In this document: in pieces, positions 16,301-29,700 of the stretch
Layout: every line of letters begins with the position of its first letter
How positions within the stretch are numbered: position 1 is the first letter of the stretch
From: Mizuhopecten yessoensis
Taxonomy: Eukaryota
DNA: 64,000 nt
Assembly: GCF_002113885.1 (NCBI RefSeq)
Contig: NW_018480057.1
Location: 575,891 to 639,890, forward strand
Direction of reading: 5' to 3'
Notes under the pieces: model-generated
Database searches by the model: none
What the model was told of the DNA's origin: nothing
The model's input: the letters and a program-made list of their open reading frames with translations, nothing else
Made by a program: the position numbers and the translations under genes

Positions 16301-17631
16301 CCTGGTGTCTATTTACATTATATCACAATCCATAAAATCTACGTATTAGCGCAGGCACTTGAATTAAGCTAGTATATATAATTATTTGTTAATAATAATT
16401 AAAACGATCCGTCATCAAGTACAGTAATTAAAGTAAGAAACACGTTTATTTGATGCGGCTGGACACTGATCTTCCCTCTTATTTGATGTATTATAGATAA
16501 ATATATATGTACATGTATTTAAAAAATAAATGGTGACCAATTTTGTATTAGCTAATTCAAATGCCTGTGATTATATCAGTATTTTTATATACAATAAGCA
16601 CACAATGGTGTGTTAAAACAGATCTGCACCAGCTCCGAGACACAATTCTCTAATTAAATACACATAATGATACTTGTTTTACACAAGCTTATAACACCAG
16701 TAAAACATATTAAGTATAATATATATTATATTCATTAATACAAAACCATGGATAGGTTGATTGGCAAGATCTATTTATATTTATGCATTATACATAATTT
16801 TCGTTTCTATCTCTGCTTATCTGTTAAGTACCTATCGGTCACATTTTCATTCAAAGGAAATCTCAAAGATGTCTCTCTCAATTACACTTTGTCACAGAAA
16901 TCAGTTTCATGTATTCTCACGTTCTAGTAATAAGCAATGTAGGAAACACCGCATGCACAAAAACTACTATTGCCGAGTTTAAAATCCATTTTAGTCGGAA
17001 TTGCCTCCCTTTGAACGTCACTTTCGTGTTTCAATACCACACTTTCTTCATCGTGTAAAAATTCCAGCAGAAATATACATATTCACGCAAATCAACAGTT
17101 CATCTCAACATTTTGGCACAGTCGTAATGCTAATTTAGATACTGGAGTATCATCAGTTAGACACATGTACGGTATTAGTGCACACGACTTCAGTTGGACA
17201 TCTTTATGGAATGTTTCTTCGTCAAACAATATCCTTAGATTAACATTTTAAGTTCGCCTCCTCTGATATTTGGATGTCGTTACAAGTGCTTCTTCCTCCT
17301 CTGCACCTGGAAGGCTATGATAAGGATTTGAATCGTTTCCCCCACCGCATCTAGGATACCGAGAAGACATGGATTATAATTGTTTTATCCATTATAGCGA
17401 GGATTACGTGAGCAAGATTTGAATCGATTTTCCACCGCATCTTTGGGGCCGTGACCAGGATTCGAACGTTTCTTACTCTGCATCCCGGAAAATAATACCA
17501 AGATTTTATCCGGTTAACACTACCTCTAGAATAACCTGGCCAGGATTTGAATTCTCCGTTCTTCTGCTTTCAGGCCGCGTTCCGAAATGCGGGGATTTAG
17601 TTACTTTAAACTCGTACTAATTGAGCTTTTG

Positions 17632-17765
17632 TCACGTCATAAATACCGTGTTGATTGAGGGTAGGGGTCCAGGGTCGTTGTAGTTAGGGGTCATGTCGTG
17701 GTCAGCGGTCAGCATGCCACTGACCGCCATTCCAATGATATCCTGACCCAAACCGTCGTGATGCA
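17632..17765 (-). CDS. RFX6: RFX6 last coding exon ([12 protein letters not shown]...[11 protein letters not shown])
   Basis: Acceptor ctctttcag, TGA at 17632-17634; terminal motif resembles the vertebrate RFX6 C-terminus as I recall it. Confidence 0.87.
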
Positions 17766-20700
17766 CTGAAAGAGACAAAAATCGTAGTTGAAGGAATAAC
17801 ATAATAGATGAATACCATATTTGGCAAAGACTAATTTGCCAAAAGTATTCAATTGTAGTCATTGGTCAACATTTTATTCAGACAACACAATATAAAGTTT
17901 TAATGTTCGATACTATTAGAAATTGATATACATGTATCGTATTCATTTCTTTCTCTCTCTCGAAATAAATCATACAGGAACATAATTTAAGTATTAACGA
18001 ATCACATTTAATTTGAGGCTATGAACGATTTTGAATGCGACGTTAACATGCAGCTATTGTATACAAGTAATATGTTTAAAAAAAAGCAATTTGTTCAACC
18101 TTCCAGCAAAGCAATAGCGTGAAGGATGGATTGGTATAATATCGAGTGTATAAGCATTATGCATGTATTGTGTCTTACTTCTTGGACTGTGACAACTTGC
18201 GGGGCTCCCGTTGGTATAGAGATGGAGGTCTTTGTGACGTTGTGGCTTGTCCAATAAGTTCAGAGGATCGCTCATGTCGTTGTGATACGGGGACGGGATA
18301 GGATTCCTCTGCTGGATCACAGACACGTGTTCCACCAAGGGCTTAGAGGGCTGCGGGTAGCTGGGATTGTAGTAATCTGTGACAATAAATTAAACAAATA
18401 ACGTAAACCGGTCAATATAACAATTTATGTCTTGTGTCGAGGAAGTTTTCGTTTCAGTCCACACGGGCATTACTAATCCTATGCATACTATCACAACAAT
18501 ATATGATGATGATAACGTTTACATGAAAGAGGTAAGTATGAAAGTTAAGATTATTTCCCTGTGGGTGAGTATGAATGTAGTGTATTTACCTAAGGGTGAG
18601 TATGAATATAGTGTATTTACCTCAGAGTGAGTATGAATATAGTGTATTTACCTCAGGGTGAGTATGAATATAGTGTATTTATCTCAGGGTGAGTATGAAT
18701 GTAGGGTATTTACCTCAGGGTGAGTATGAATGTAGGGTATTTACCGCAGGATGAGTATGAATGCAGGGTATTTACCGCAGGATGAGTATGAATGTAGGGT
18801 ATTTACCTCAAGATGAGTATGAATGTAGGGTATTTACCACAGGATGAGTATGCATGTAGGGTATTTACCTCAGAGTGAGTATGAATGTAGGGTATTTACC
18901 TTAGGGTGAGTATGAATGTAGGGTATTTACCTCAGGGTGAGTATGAAGGTAGGGCGTTTACCTCAGGATGAGTATGAATGTAGGGTATTTACCTCAAGAT
19001 GAGTATGAATGTAGGGTATTTACCGCAGGATGAGTATGCATGTAGGGTATTTACCGCAGGATGAGTATGAATGTAGGGTATTTTCCTTATGTATGGTATT
19101 TACCTCAGAGTTAATATGGATGTATGGTATTTACCGGAGAATGAATATGAAGTTAGGATATTTACCTGAAGGTGAGCATGAATGTAGTTTATTTACCTCA
19201 GGGTGAGTATGAAGGTAGGGCGTTTACCTCAGGATGAGTGTGAGTGTAGGATATTTACCTCAGGATGAGTATGAATGTAGGGTTATTACCCGAGAATGAA
19301 TATGAGTTAGGATATTTACCTGAAGGTGAGCATGAATGTAGTGTATTTACCCGAGAATGAATATGAAGGTAGGATATATAACGGAGTGTAAAATGAAGGT
19401 AGGATATTTACCTGATGGTGAATATTGCGATATGATAGTAACCTGAGTAATTTTATCTAAGTATCAAAGTCTTGCTATAAACGTTTTGTTACTGTATTCT
19501 GTGGTTGAGATCTATGTCGTTTACCTCACAATGAGTTATATTCTCATTTCATTATGTAATATAGAGTAATCGTTCCACGTTCATTTTGAGGTTTTATGAT
19601 TGACTTTGAAGTTTTGTTATTTCCAAGAAATTTGGTTAGCTTAAGGCTTTATTTGCGTTATTTCATATCTCATTGTGCTTCATAAGAGTTACCTTAGGAA
19701 AGGCTTAAAGTTTTCCCCAACTTATAACTATTTCATGAATTTGTAATTATTATGTATGTAATTGAAACTATTGCATATGTTCTCCGCCATTGTACAAGAT
19801 ATTTGTAAATATTGATCAATATGTATATTTCTGTACGCCTATATGCAATGTGCATTTGGTAATACATTTCATTGAATTGAACATGAGAGTGGTAGAGAAG
19901 GTATGATATTTACCTGAAGGTGAATACGAAGTGTTAAAGGGTGGATTACTCTGTACGACGTTGAAAGCACTGCTACCCTGGTTATGGACGTTGGACGTAG
20001 AATAACCTGACTGAGAAATACTAGTATAGCACGAAGGATTGAAGAAAGATTCGGCTCCAAAATCAGCATCTCCAAACGGCGGATATCCGGCGTCGAGGTC
20101 CTTGCCGACGGTATAGGGTGAGTGTGTGATATGTGACCGGAAGGCACTGGACGCGTAGGAGTTGTTATATCCTCCGAGACCGTAGTTAGGGGCTCCTGTG
20201 TAATCCGGAAGTTGACCTGTAACAAGGAAGGGTTTACTTATATAGAGTCACGCGATTACATTTTTTTTTTTAATAATGACCTATAACATATCGAGTTTTT
20301 TGAGGTAGCAACCTTTTCATCCATTCTTTTATCTATGTTCTATATGTAAGTAGATAAAAAGTCATATCAATACATCAATTCAGTTGATTAAGAAATATTT
20401 TTCTCCGTTTTCTAGGTTTCATTTGCTATGTAGTCATAATGATGATTTGGCATAGCCCTATTTTATATTAATTACTGTATCTGTTCTTTAAACATTAGAT
20501 ATGTAATGGCAGTTGATGGCGGTTCATTGTAAACGTAATTTAACATACGGTGTGATACAATGGTTTGTGCCTTCAATGAATACGAGTTTAAACATCAGCA
20601 TTTCTTGTAAGATCTATTAATTATGAAGTGTTGTTTTGGCTTGAGTAATGAACTGCTACGATATACCAATTTATACATAAGCAACGATAACAAAAGTACT

Positions 20701-23700
20701 CGTTATGAAGTTGGCTAATTTAAATAGTTTAAGGGAGACAATTATATATACTAACCTAGGTAATTAAAGGGAGATAACTATATATACTAACCTAGGTATG
20801 GATATCCTGGTCCCATTAATGACTGGTTACTATTGCTATAGGGAAGGTTCGAGTTGATGACAGTGTTCCTAATGGGGTTGACGACAATGGGTGATATAGG
20901 TGGTGTAGAATGAGGCGTATGTTGTCCCAGCAAATTGTTATTTCCGGGTACAGCCTGAAAAAAGAAAAGTTTTGAAACAAAACTACAACATTTTCCCCCG
21001 GTATTCGATCGAACCAATACTCATTTGCCCAGCCGATTTTTTTCGTTCAATTCACATCCCTTTTATAAACTAGGTACAGTCGTACTTAAGCAAATCTTTT
21101 TCAATTCCTTTTTGTGCCACCAGCAACGTCCATGTAATAATATTATTGACCTGCATCGGGTGAAAACCTCCTGTAGGTAAATCGTTATTAAAGACATATT
21201 GTATCATGTAAATTAAAAATGATATTTATGTTTTACAAACATCGTCAAGTTTATACTACATTGCAACCTTCGTTTACCTTCCTTATGAATATCCACTGAG
21301 TTGTCAATCCGAAAACAGAAATATAGTATGTACCAGAATATTTTCTAAGCAATAGTATTATGCACGCTTACAATATAGTCTTCCGTCACATGTTAACATT
21401 ATCATTTATATATTTATTCCATTTCACGTCCATCATACAGAGTAGCATAGATAGTTAGGAGGAATAGCGGTACTCAAAAGCAAATTTGCGAAAAACAAAG
21501 TCTATACAATTGTTTCAATACCCTGATCAAAGGTCTGGCGCATGTTGCGCCCTCTGTCGGGAGTCAAACCCGTTACTGCAAAGGTTTCAAACGCTGTCTA
21601 ATGCTCTAAATCTCAAGACCTACTGGGGATGTTTGACTACATTAAAAATTACCTGTGTCATGGCGGTGAGAGAATTAAGATGGTGATTGGACATCATCGC
21701 CTGACCGTCCTTCTCGTGATTAAGACCCATGTAGAGCCCGTTTCCATTAAATTGAGGATCCAGGAAGTGTTCTCGCTTCACGTTATTCATGTTACTTCTC
21801 GGGGTCATGTCCCGTCTCGTGGCTAGGAAGCACGTGCTTGGCTGAGTGGACAGATTGGGCCGAAGACCTGTATCATCTACAAAACACACAAGTTTCGTCA
21901 TTAGTATTTTATTTAGTATAAACAAGGTTCGCCGATGTTTTCACTACATTGTAACTTCTTAAATCTAGACATTCAGAACATCCTGGCACAATGGTGTTTT
22001 AAACGGACAATCCCAATTTTCCAGATTAATTTGATTCCAGTTTAGATCTTTTCGGGACAGAGAAAAAAAACTGTCATCAAAATCCCACAATTGCAACCAA
22101 GGATAAGTTAAAAATAAAGTTTACTACAAATATATGTGTTTGGCGATTTTTCAATAGAAGTGTCATCTTGTACCAACAAAGTCTATTAATATAACCCATA
22201 CATTAGTGACATTGTGTACCTGGCAAATCGGTGGCATCACTACGTACCTGTCTTCATGTGTTTCTCTAGTAAAGACTGTATTTCAGTATCCTTTTCCAAA
22301 GCTAGCTGGGTCTCCACGGCCATCAGTACATACTCGTCCAACAGCATCCGAATCAGGTGAAATGACCCTAAAATCAGGAAGGCCACTGTTGTCATGTTGT
22401 ACATACTTTTCTGTTACTGACCCAGTACTAATTTTACTGGTTTTTAGTTCTGTATTGTATTTCTAACAGATGTAAATACTTATTAACATAGAACTTTGAA
22501 TCAAGAACTCACCAAAACACGTAGCGTTGTTCAAGGTAAGGTTGTGCATGATTCTTGCTCCAAAAAAGGACCACTTCAATAGGAACGACGACGCTCGCTT
22601 TTTAAAGGATCTGCCATTTTGTTTACTGGGCTGTTATCGGAGGGAAAAAAATCAGGTTTACGGTTAATTCAATATGTACATCCCCAATCATTTAACAACA
22701 CATTTGGTTCCATAATGCAATACTACACGATGTTGATAGATCAGTTACCTATTCATATCTTATTGCTTATGTAACCTAACTTTTAAACGATTATCTACTG
22801 GTTGGATGTGAAATAAATGTGGTATGTTTTTATTTTTATTTTCTAGTTATTGTTTCTACATTATTCAAAACATGAGATTTATTCAGAATTTATATAGATC
22901 AAATGGAAACTCTAGATGTGTTGCTAAAGAATGCAATAGTGTGTGTTTGCAAGAATTAAAAATTAACTTTCTGTAAAAAAAACCCACCTATGTACTTGTA
23001 GAAAGTCGGCAAATTACAATCAATAAAATCAATATTTAGTAAAAGCACTAATTGCATGATAAATACATATTTAATGCAGTGAATTAAAAATATTCATTGT
23101 TACTTATTGACTATCTCTGCAATCATACTCCCGTGATAGCTACATTAAATAAATACAACATTTGTCCATGAAACGATTTGACATGTAGACATTTTATTAA
23201 CCCTATATCAATAATGTCATTGAATTGTACGCATGAAGATGCCTTTTGATTTTTTAATTGTTTTGTGTACCTGGTGATTTTATATATTTATTGAACTGTG
23301 AGTACTGACCTTAATGACCCTTAGTTCCACCACTCCGTCCAGCCACTCCGTACACGCCTCTACTGTCGCCTGTTTACGTAATAATTCCTTGAACTCTCTT
23401 AGAACTGTAATTAAAAAAGGCCCATCCATTAAACATGGATTTCTTTTTACAAAAATGTTAATTTGAATAATTGTTTGAATTTTTACAGAAAAAAAATCGT
23501 AACAGACTTCACTGAAGACTCACGAACTGGTAAGAGTTTTGAGCGTTTCTTACCCCACAATGTAAAGCATACACCAAACCACTCGATACCAACAATTATG
23601 TTTCTATAAGAATGCATATATATAACCTTAAGTTTAATTAAAACTAATTCTGACCAACACTGCATGCATTCCAAACCTTATGAGCACGCGGATTTGTGTA

Positions 23701-26700
23701 AAATAAAGTCTCGCGAGAAATAAAATTCTCAAACGAGAAACTTACATTCTGCGTTAAGTTCTGTATCGATATCTCCGTCGCTGCTTGTATTTAGCGCATG
23801 CGTGCCGATGCTATTGAGGTCTATCCGGTCTACATCAGCAATCATTTGGTTGACAACCTGGGCGTCGTATAGCACTGGGCGGGCTGTCTGTTTTTGTAAA
23901 GTTAATTTTGATGACTGGCATGTAGTGGGTAATTGGTAAATGGTTAGATTTGAAAGAAAATCAGAAGGATAACCATTAATACGTGTTTGTAAAATATAAG
24001 ACAGGTGCATATATCCCGTGAGATATAGATTCCATATACACCAATATATACTTCTATTAAACATGGCATACAATCAAATAACACTAATCTAGTAATTCGT
24101 CGTAAGAAATATTACAAAGTGTAATACACAAGTGGCAAACATTAAAAAGATAACCTAAATAAGAATTGCACTACGCAACCGGAACAGGAAGTATGCAGTA
24201 AGTAAACGAACCGGAAGATATCTTCATACTGCGAACTTAGGATAAAAAATAAGTATGTTTTTGTCAGTAAATATCTATTTACCTGAGCGAGGTGAAGAAA
24301 TGATATTTGTCTTTTCATGGATTGGGCGAACCGCCTTGCAACCGGAAGTTTGCTTTCGGATAAAAGATCAGGGAGGTTCTCTAATGACGTGGTTACCCAA
24401 TTCTCCCAATGTTTAGCAAAGTTCCTTAGATCACATAGTAATCTGTAAAGATAATACATCCGGTTAGGTGATTAGGAATGGCACAATTACCTACAGTCGT
24501 AAAATCATGCAATAAGACCGCTATAAATATCACACAATAGGATCCATTTTTGTTTTCGGCATAAAAAAGTTCTAGGAATTCACAGTTAGAACTTACGCAC
24601 ATATATATATGTATAAAGTAAAAAACGTTTTCGTTATTATATATCTAGATTGCTTACCTTGTCTCTTGAACATACATTAAAAAACATTTTACTTTGTAAC
24701 TTTTACTTGGTTATATGATTAACCAGTTTTAAAACACACGTTAATCTTTGCAAATACTCACGTTTCTGGCATTTCTTGCATTGTAGCTGGGATCAGGACT
24801 TCAGTTAACACCTGAGAAAATACAAATTCAATTCTTTAAATCGAAATGAACACATATTTTATTTCAATAGCACATACATGTCACATTAATATCGCATGCG
24901 TGCCTTCTTTTAAAATAACTAACCCAAGAACGATAAACGTTTTTAAACATTTCTATTAACAAAACTGAAATGCAAAGGAGAATAGCAGCATTTATTTGTT
25001 TCTATTCTTTTCAACTTATTCTTATTTGTATTTTGGTATACCAATGTTTCATTTTAATTCAACAAAAATATTTATTTCATAATTAGTTATTCACTTAATC
25101 AATGCTTTATTTCACACTTCGAGTCACTCGTGTGTATCACGAACGATAATTATCATAAAGACACTATAAACAATTTGACACACACAATGAGTAATGCTTC
25201 GTGGGTACGGTACCTTGTAAAGTATATTGTCACAGACGGCAATTATATCAATAATCACAGGATTTTCCACCAAAGGGAGTAAGTGTTCAGGCAAGCCTTG
25301 CCAAAAATGAAGCAGGAAATTTTGAATCTGGAAGAAATATTGCAAATATTATTGGCAGGAATTTGTTTTATCTTACGGAACTAAATTATTATTCAGTATA
25401 TGATTACTAATTGAGCGATTAATTTTAAGTTTACCATACGCAAAAACAGGGAAAACGCTGAATGGTAGAAATGGGTAAGTATACCATAAGAATAAAAAAA
25501 TGAGGTTAGAAAAGACGAACGGCGACAGAATAAAAATGCTTTATGAAAATGTATATTATTTTACCTATAATAGGGAAAGACGTCTGCAGTGATAGTTTGT
25601 ATATCTATAGTTTGCCTGAACAGATTGTGCTAAAAATATATATCTTGAATATGAATATAAGTATTGAGCTTTTGGTAACAGTTAAGTGAAATGTGAGGTG
25701 AAAGTTTCCGTGTCTTGTGCACATCATATTGATATCCTCGATATGGTTGATAGTTTAAATAAATTGAAGAATATAAGAAGGTATTGACTACGATTTCCTC
25801 AACAGCGAGTTATGTATTGCATCATGCTTTCATACACAATTAACTTATATGCATGTACTTAGTTATGCCATTTTACCCAATACCCAATATAGATCACAGA
25901 CATTAAAAATAACGTCTTTCTATCAAATTCAATGTCATTCACCTGAGTATAAGTTCTATGTATATGTCAGTACATATATTACCTAAGGTACCACACTTAG
26001 GGCATAATCGCATTACCTTGTAAGCCAATTACGCATTAAGTATAAACTAATAACAGTATATGAGTAAACGGTGCAACAGGATGATAATGCGTTTATAAGA
26101 TAAGGTAAGGAACACTCAGGGGATTAGAAGTCGGTGGTAATGGCGGTCTGAAGGCGTACAGGTTTGTGTAATCTTTATTACAATATGCATTTCCTCCTAT
26201 CAGTATGGATCATAGAAAGGAAAGTTGAAGACAAAAACAAATAGGAAAGGATTGACATAAAATTAACCAATAAATACCCTAATTTGAAAAGGACATTCGA
26301 AGATTGTTGGTGAGAAAGTGTGAATTCAAACATTTATATTCGACAAAGAGAGAGAAAAGTGTCAAACTGTAAGAGGTTAACCTCAATAACTGAACCTAGA
26401 GCATTATATCAATAATTTACCGTATTTCTCTTAAGTAATAGTTCTTATAGCACAGACCAAACATACAAAATGTCCATCACGATATAACGCCATGCTATCT
26501 TCCCCTGTTAGATTGGTTAACATGGGACTGGCATGTCTATGAAAAAATGTCCCAGACCACCTATGTTCACGATGTCATTTGCCATATTGCACTTGTAAAA
26601 CGCTTAATAACTCTGGCATATTATGTACCGTTGTCTGTTGTCCTAACTTTTGTACAACCTCTAACAGATAACTGCTGCCCTTGTGTCATACACACTGCTG

Positions 26701-29700
26701 AATTCAACACCCCGAAATCTGCGACGGTGTGATTTGTTAATTTCATGTAAAAGGAAGGCGACAAAGAGCAAATACCACAACATGAAAAAGGAGATCTCTG
26801 GACGTGACAAAAACAGGGGATTGTGCAGTACAATTATCCGATAGTGTGAAGCAGGGCTTTCACGTCAATGCTTCAAGTTGAGTCTCCAATACTGAGTGAC
26901 TCATCCGTGGGGAAGATTAACTGTGTCTCTCGCTTATCCAGACCCCATGCGGTGATGCAAATCTACTGAAGTCTGTTTGTGTAGGATTACCGACCTGACA
27001 GATTCTTATTGAGTATGATAGCTCGTAAATTCATTTTTTCTTTTTCTATATATCGACTTGATTCTCCTTGTTATTGAATATTCCCTCTAACTTTGATAAA
27101 TCAGTCTGCCGCCATATGGTCTCCTTACAGTAAACACAATGTCGCTCACAACTGGCAACAATAATCTAAAACATTCAGATTAATTTACCAAGCAGTGATT
27201 TATATACTTAAACCCATCCTATTTATTTGCTTGTTTCTGAATTATCATTACAGTTATGCAATAGGATTGTCTACTTGTTATCCAACGTCACATCCCATTC
27301 GACCTCCTACGTACAATTTATGCAGATATTAGGCTTTACTTCCCTGACTGAGACTCAGTAACTCAAGTCTCTCCTTGTTTGAACTGTCCACACAAATAAA
27401 ACAGTATCAAATCGAATTTAAAGAGGACACTGGCTGGGTTCTTCCTGATAAATGACTCAAAATTAAAACGTAATTAATAAAACTAGCCAAGGGAAATTTA
27501 AACATGAAAACAATAAGCCCGGTAACATAAAGATATGACCAAACAAGACCAATATATATCAAAATATAAAGTTAAGGGATATGTTTGTCTAATAGTATAA
27601 GGCAAAGTAGACATTAGGTCTCTTATAATGCTCATATAACACTGAAGTATTACTATTTCAGGTTCAGTACAATCAATAATTTGATAAATATATAGAGTTT
27701 GGTATTATATGGCGTTTGCTATATAATGCTATATTGAACAAACATCTTATCCATCTATTACGATTCAGCTCATATACCACAAATATTAATTATTTTTGCG
27801 AATGCATTTCAAACAGAATGCCTTGTAATTTCTTTGTGGGCATATCATTACAGGAAACATATATAAGATACACAGAATATAATACAGGTATTAGAAACGT
27901 TTCTAAAAATAAATATAACAAATCAGTTTTTGATACAAAGCATACATTAAACTAATAATAATTATTCGATAAAAAAGGATAGGTTATATCTCCAAATACA
28001 TTTCCTCTTAAGACATTCGCAAAATATTAAGAGTGCATTTTCCCCATAGAAAGAGTAATAATTACATAAAATACCAACCGACTGTGCGACCAGGAATTTA
28101 TATAGAGTGACTTGAGATTTGACAATTTGGGAAAACTCGAGATAAGCATGTCCCCAGCTAGTTTAAAGTAATCTTTGACACGGTGAATATGAATAAATTC
28201 CTTTGACGGATTAATGTTAAGAACACAAATCAATTAATTAACGAAACCTGATATATATTTTACTTTTAGCTTTATAAATGAATGGATACATATCAGAAGA
28301 AAGCATTTTTTGACAACACGCAGGTAGTCCAAAATTTTAATTATAATGCTTATTTTCAAAGGGAAATACCTGTTTTAATATCATATGCAGACTATATAAA
28401 ACAATTTTTACACCAAACACAAATTGCTTATTCTTATTTGTTATAATCAAGTCTACCAAATAAATTATAATATGCATTTAACAAAAGAATATTCTCGCTA
28501 GAAATATACAGGTTCTATACAAGCTAGATTATGATTTCACGTATGCCAGCACATAGTTCCAAGAGAAAAAGGATACCACGGGAACGAACACGTCTCAAGC
28601 GTCTCGTTGATATTGATGTCAGATCAGCAGGCCTTATCAAACACAATATTTTAAACCACAATGTATATTCTTACATAGAACAGTTACATCATGGCGATCT
28701 GAATAGTTCAGATTAAGAACCTGGTTGGTTAGAACAACCAGGGAACATGAGTTATGCTGGGCATATCTGAATTAAACATGAAATAATTGTATGCTATTGT
28801 GCAGTATAAACAGCGAAATAATAATATCGACAAAATAGTTTGAAAAAAGCTAGTTACATAATGATTCATGATATGTCACTTTAAACAGATATGTCAATTG
28901 CCTTAAATTATTCTCAAACAACAGAAAACACTGAAACTGTATTTCAAGTTCAGCTTAAGTAATTTAAAAATATTAACAAGTTGAAAAATATGTTGAAGAA
29001 GCAGATTTGCTTTCGAAGGATTGCTTATTCACGGTTAGTTATATTTTAATTGGTATAATAATAAACAAATATCTCTTTGAGAAAACTCGACTGGTCTCCA
29101 TCGTAGTCCATAGAACCATATCATTTCTTATATATGTTGTTATTAATATTGTTGTTATCACTACATGACAGTGTATGAATTATACATAGAAGTGTTTGTG
29201 TGTGTACATCTTGTTGACACTAGAGGTTTTACAGAGTTTACAAACGATTATTATCATAATCATTATACAGACAGTGGTGTATAAGCATGCTTTTCAACTA
29301 ATTTTCAAACAAATTTAATATGCAACACATGCAAAGAACTCGTCAGTGTCTTCTTTGGTCCATATAAACCACACTAGACGTAACTCGTGAACAGTCTTTA
29401 TCGGTATACAAGAAAGCCCGTATGTTTGTGCTGTTTTCGGGGCACTAATCCCCCGTAATAGGTAGTTGATACCTTGTCAATGTAAGTCTACGTATGACAC
29501 TGTCCTCAGAGATAACCTTTCGAGAGACATCAAACGGCAGAGGAACATCGGGGTTAATGCAAGTGTAAAGGGATGCAGCTCCGTGGTAGGAGTCGCATTT
29601 ACTGTGACAAACAACGGACTTAATACAACTAACTTAATCCCCCATTAATATCACACTCAAAAGAAGTTCGAACATAGATATCAGGTACAACTTGTTTCAA

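Noticed and set aside
13615-16450. Candidate RFX6 polyadenylation signals
   Set aside because: AATAAA is too frequent in this AT-rich region to assign without 3' end data
19869-20225. 118-aa ORF in the supplied track
   Set aside because: Alternative frame over a real RFX6 exon; exon phases select the other frame
21520-21620. tRNA-like A/B-box fragments here and near 44355 and 61140
   Set aside because: No cloverleaf can be formed; at most decayed SINE heads
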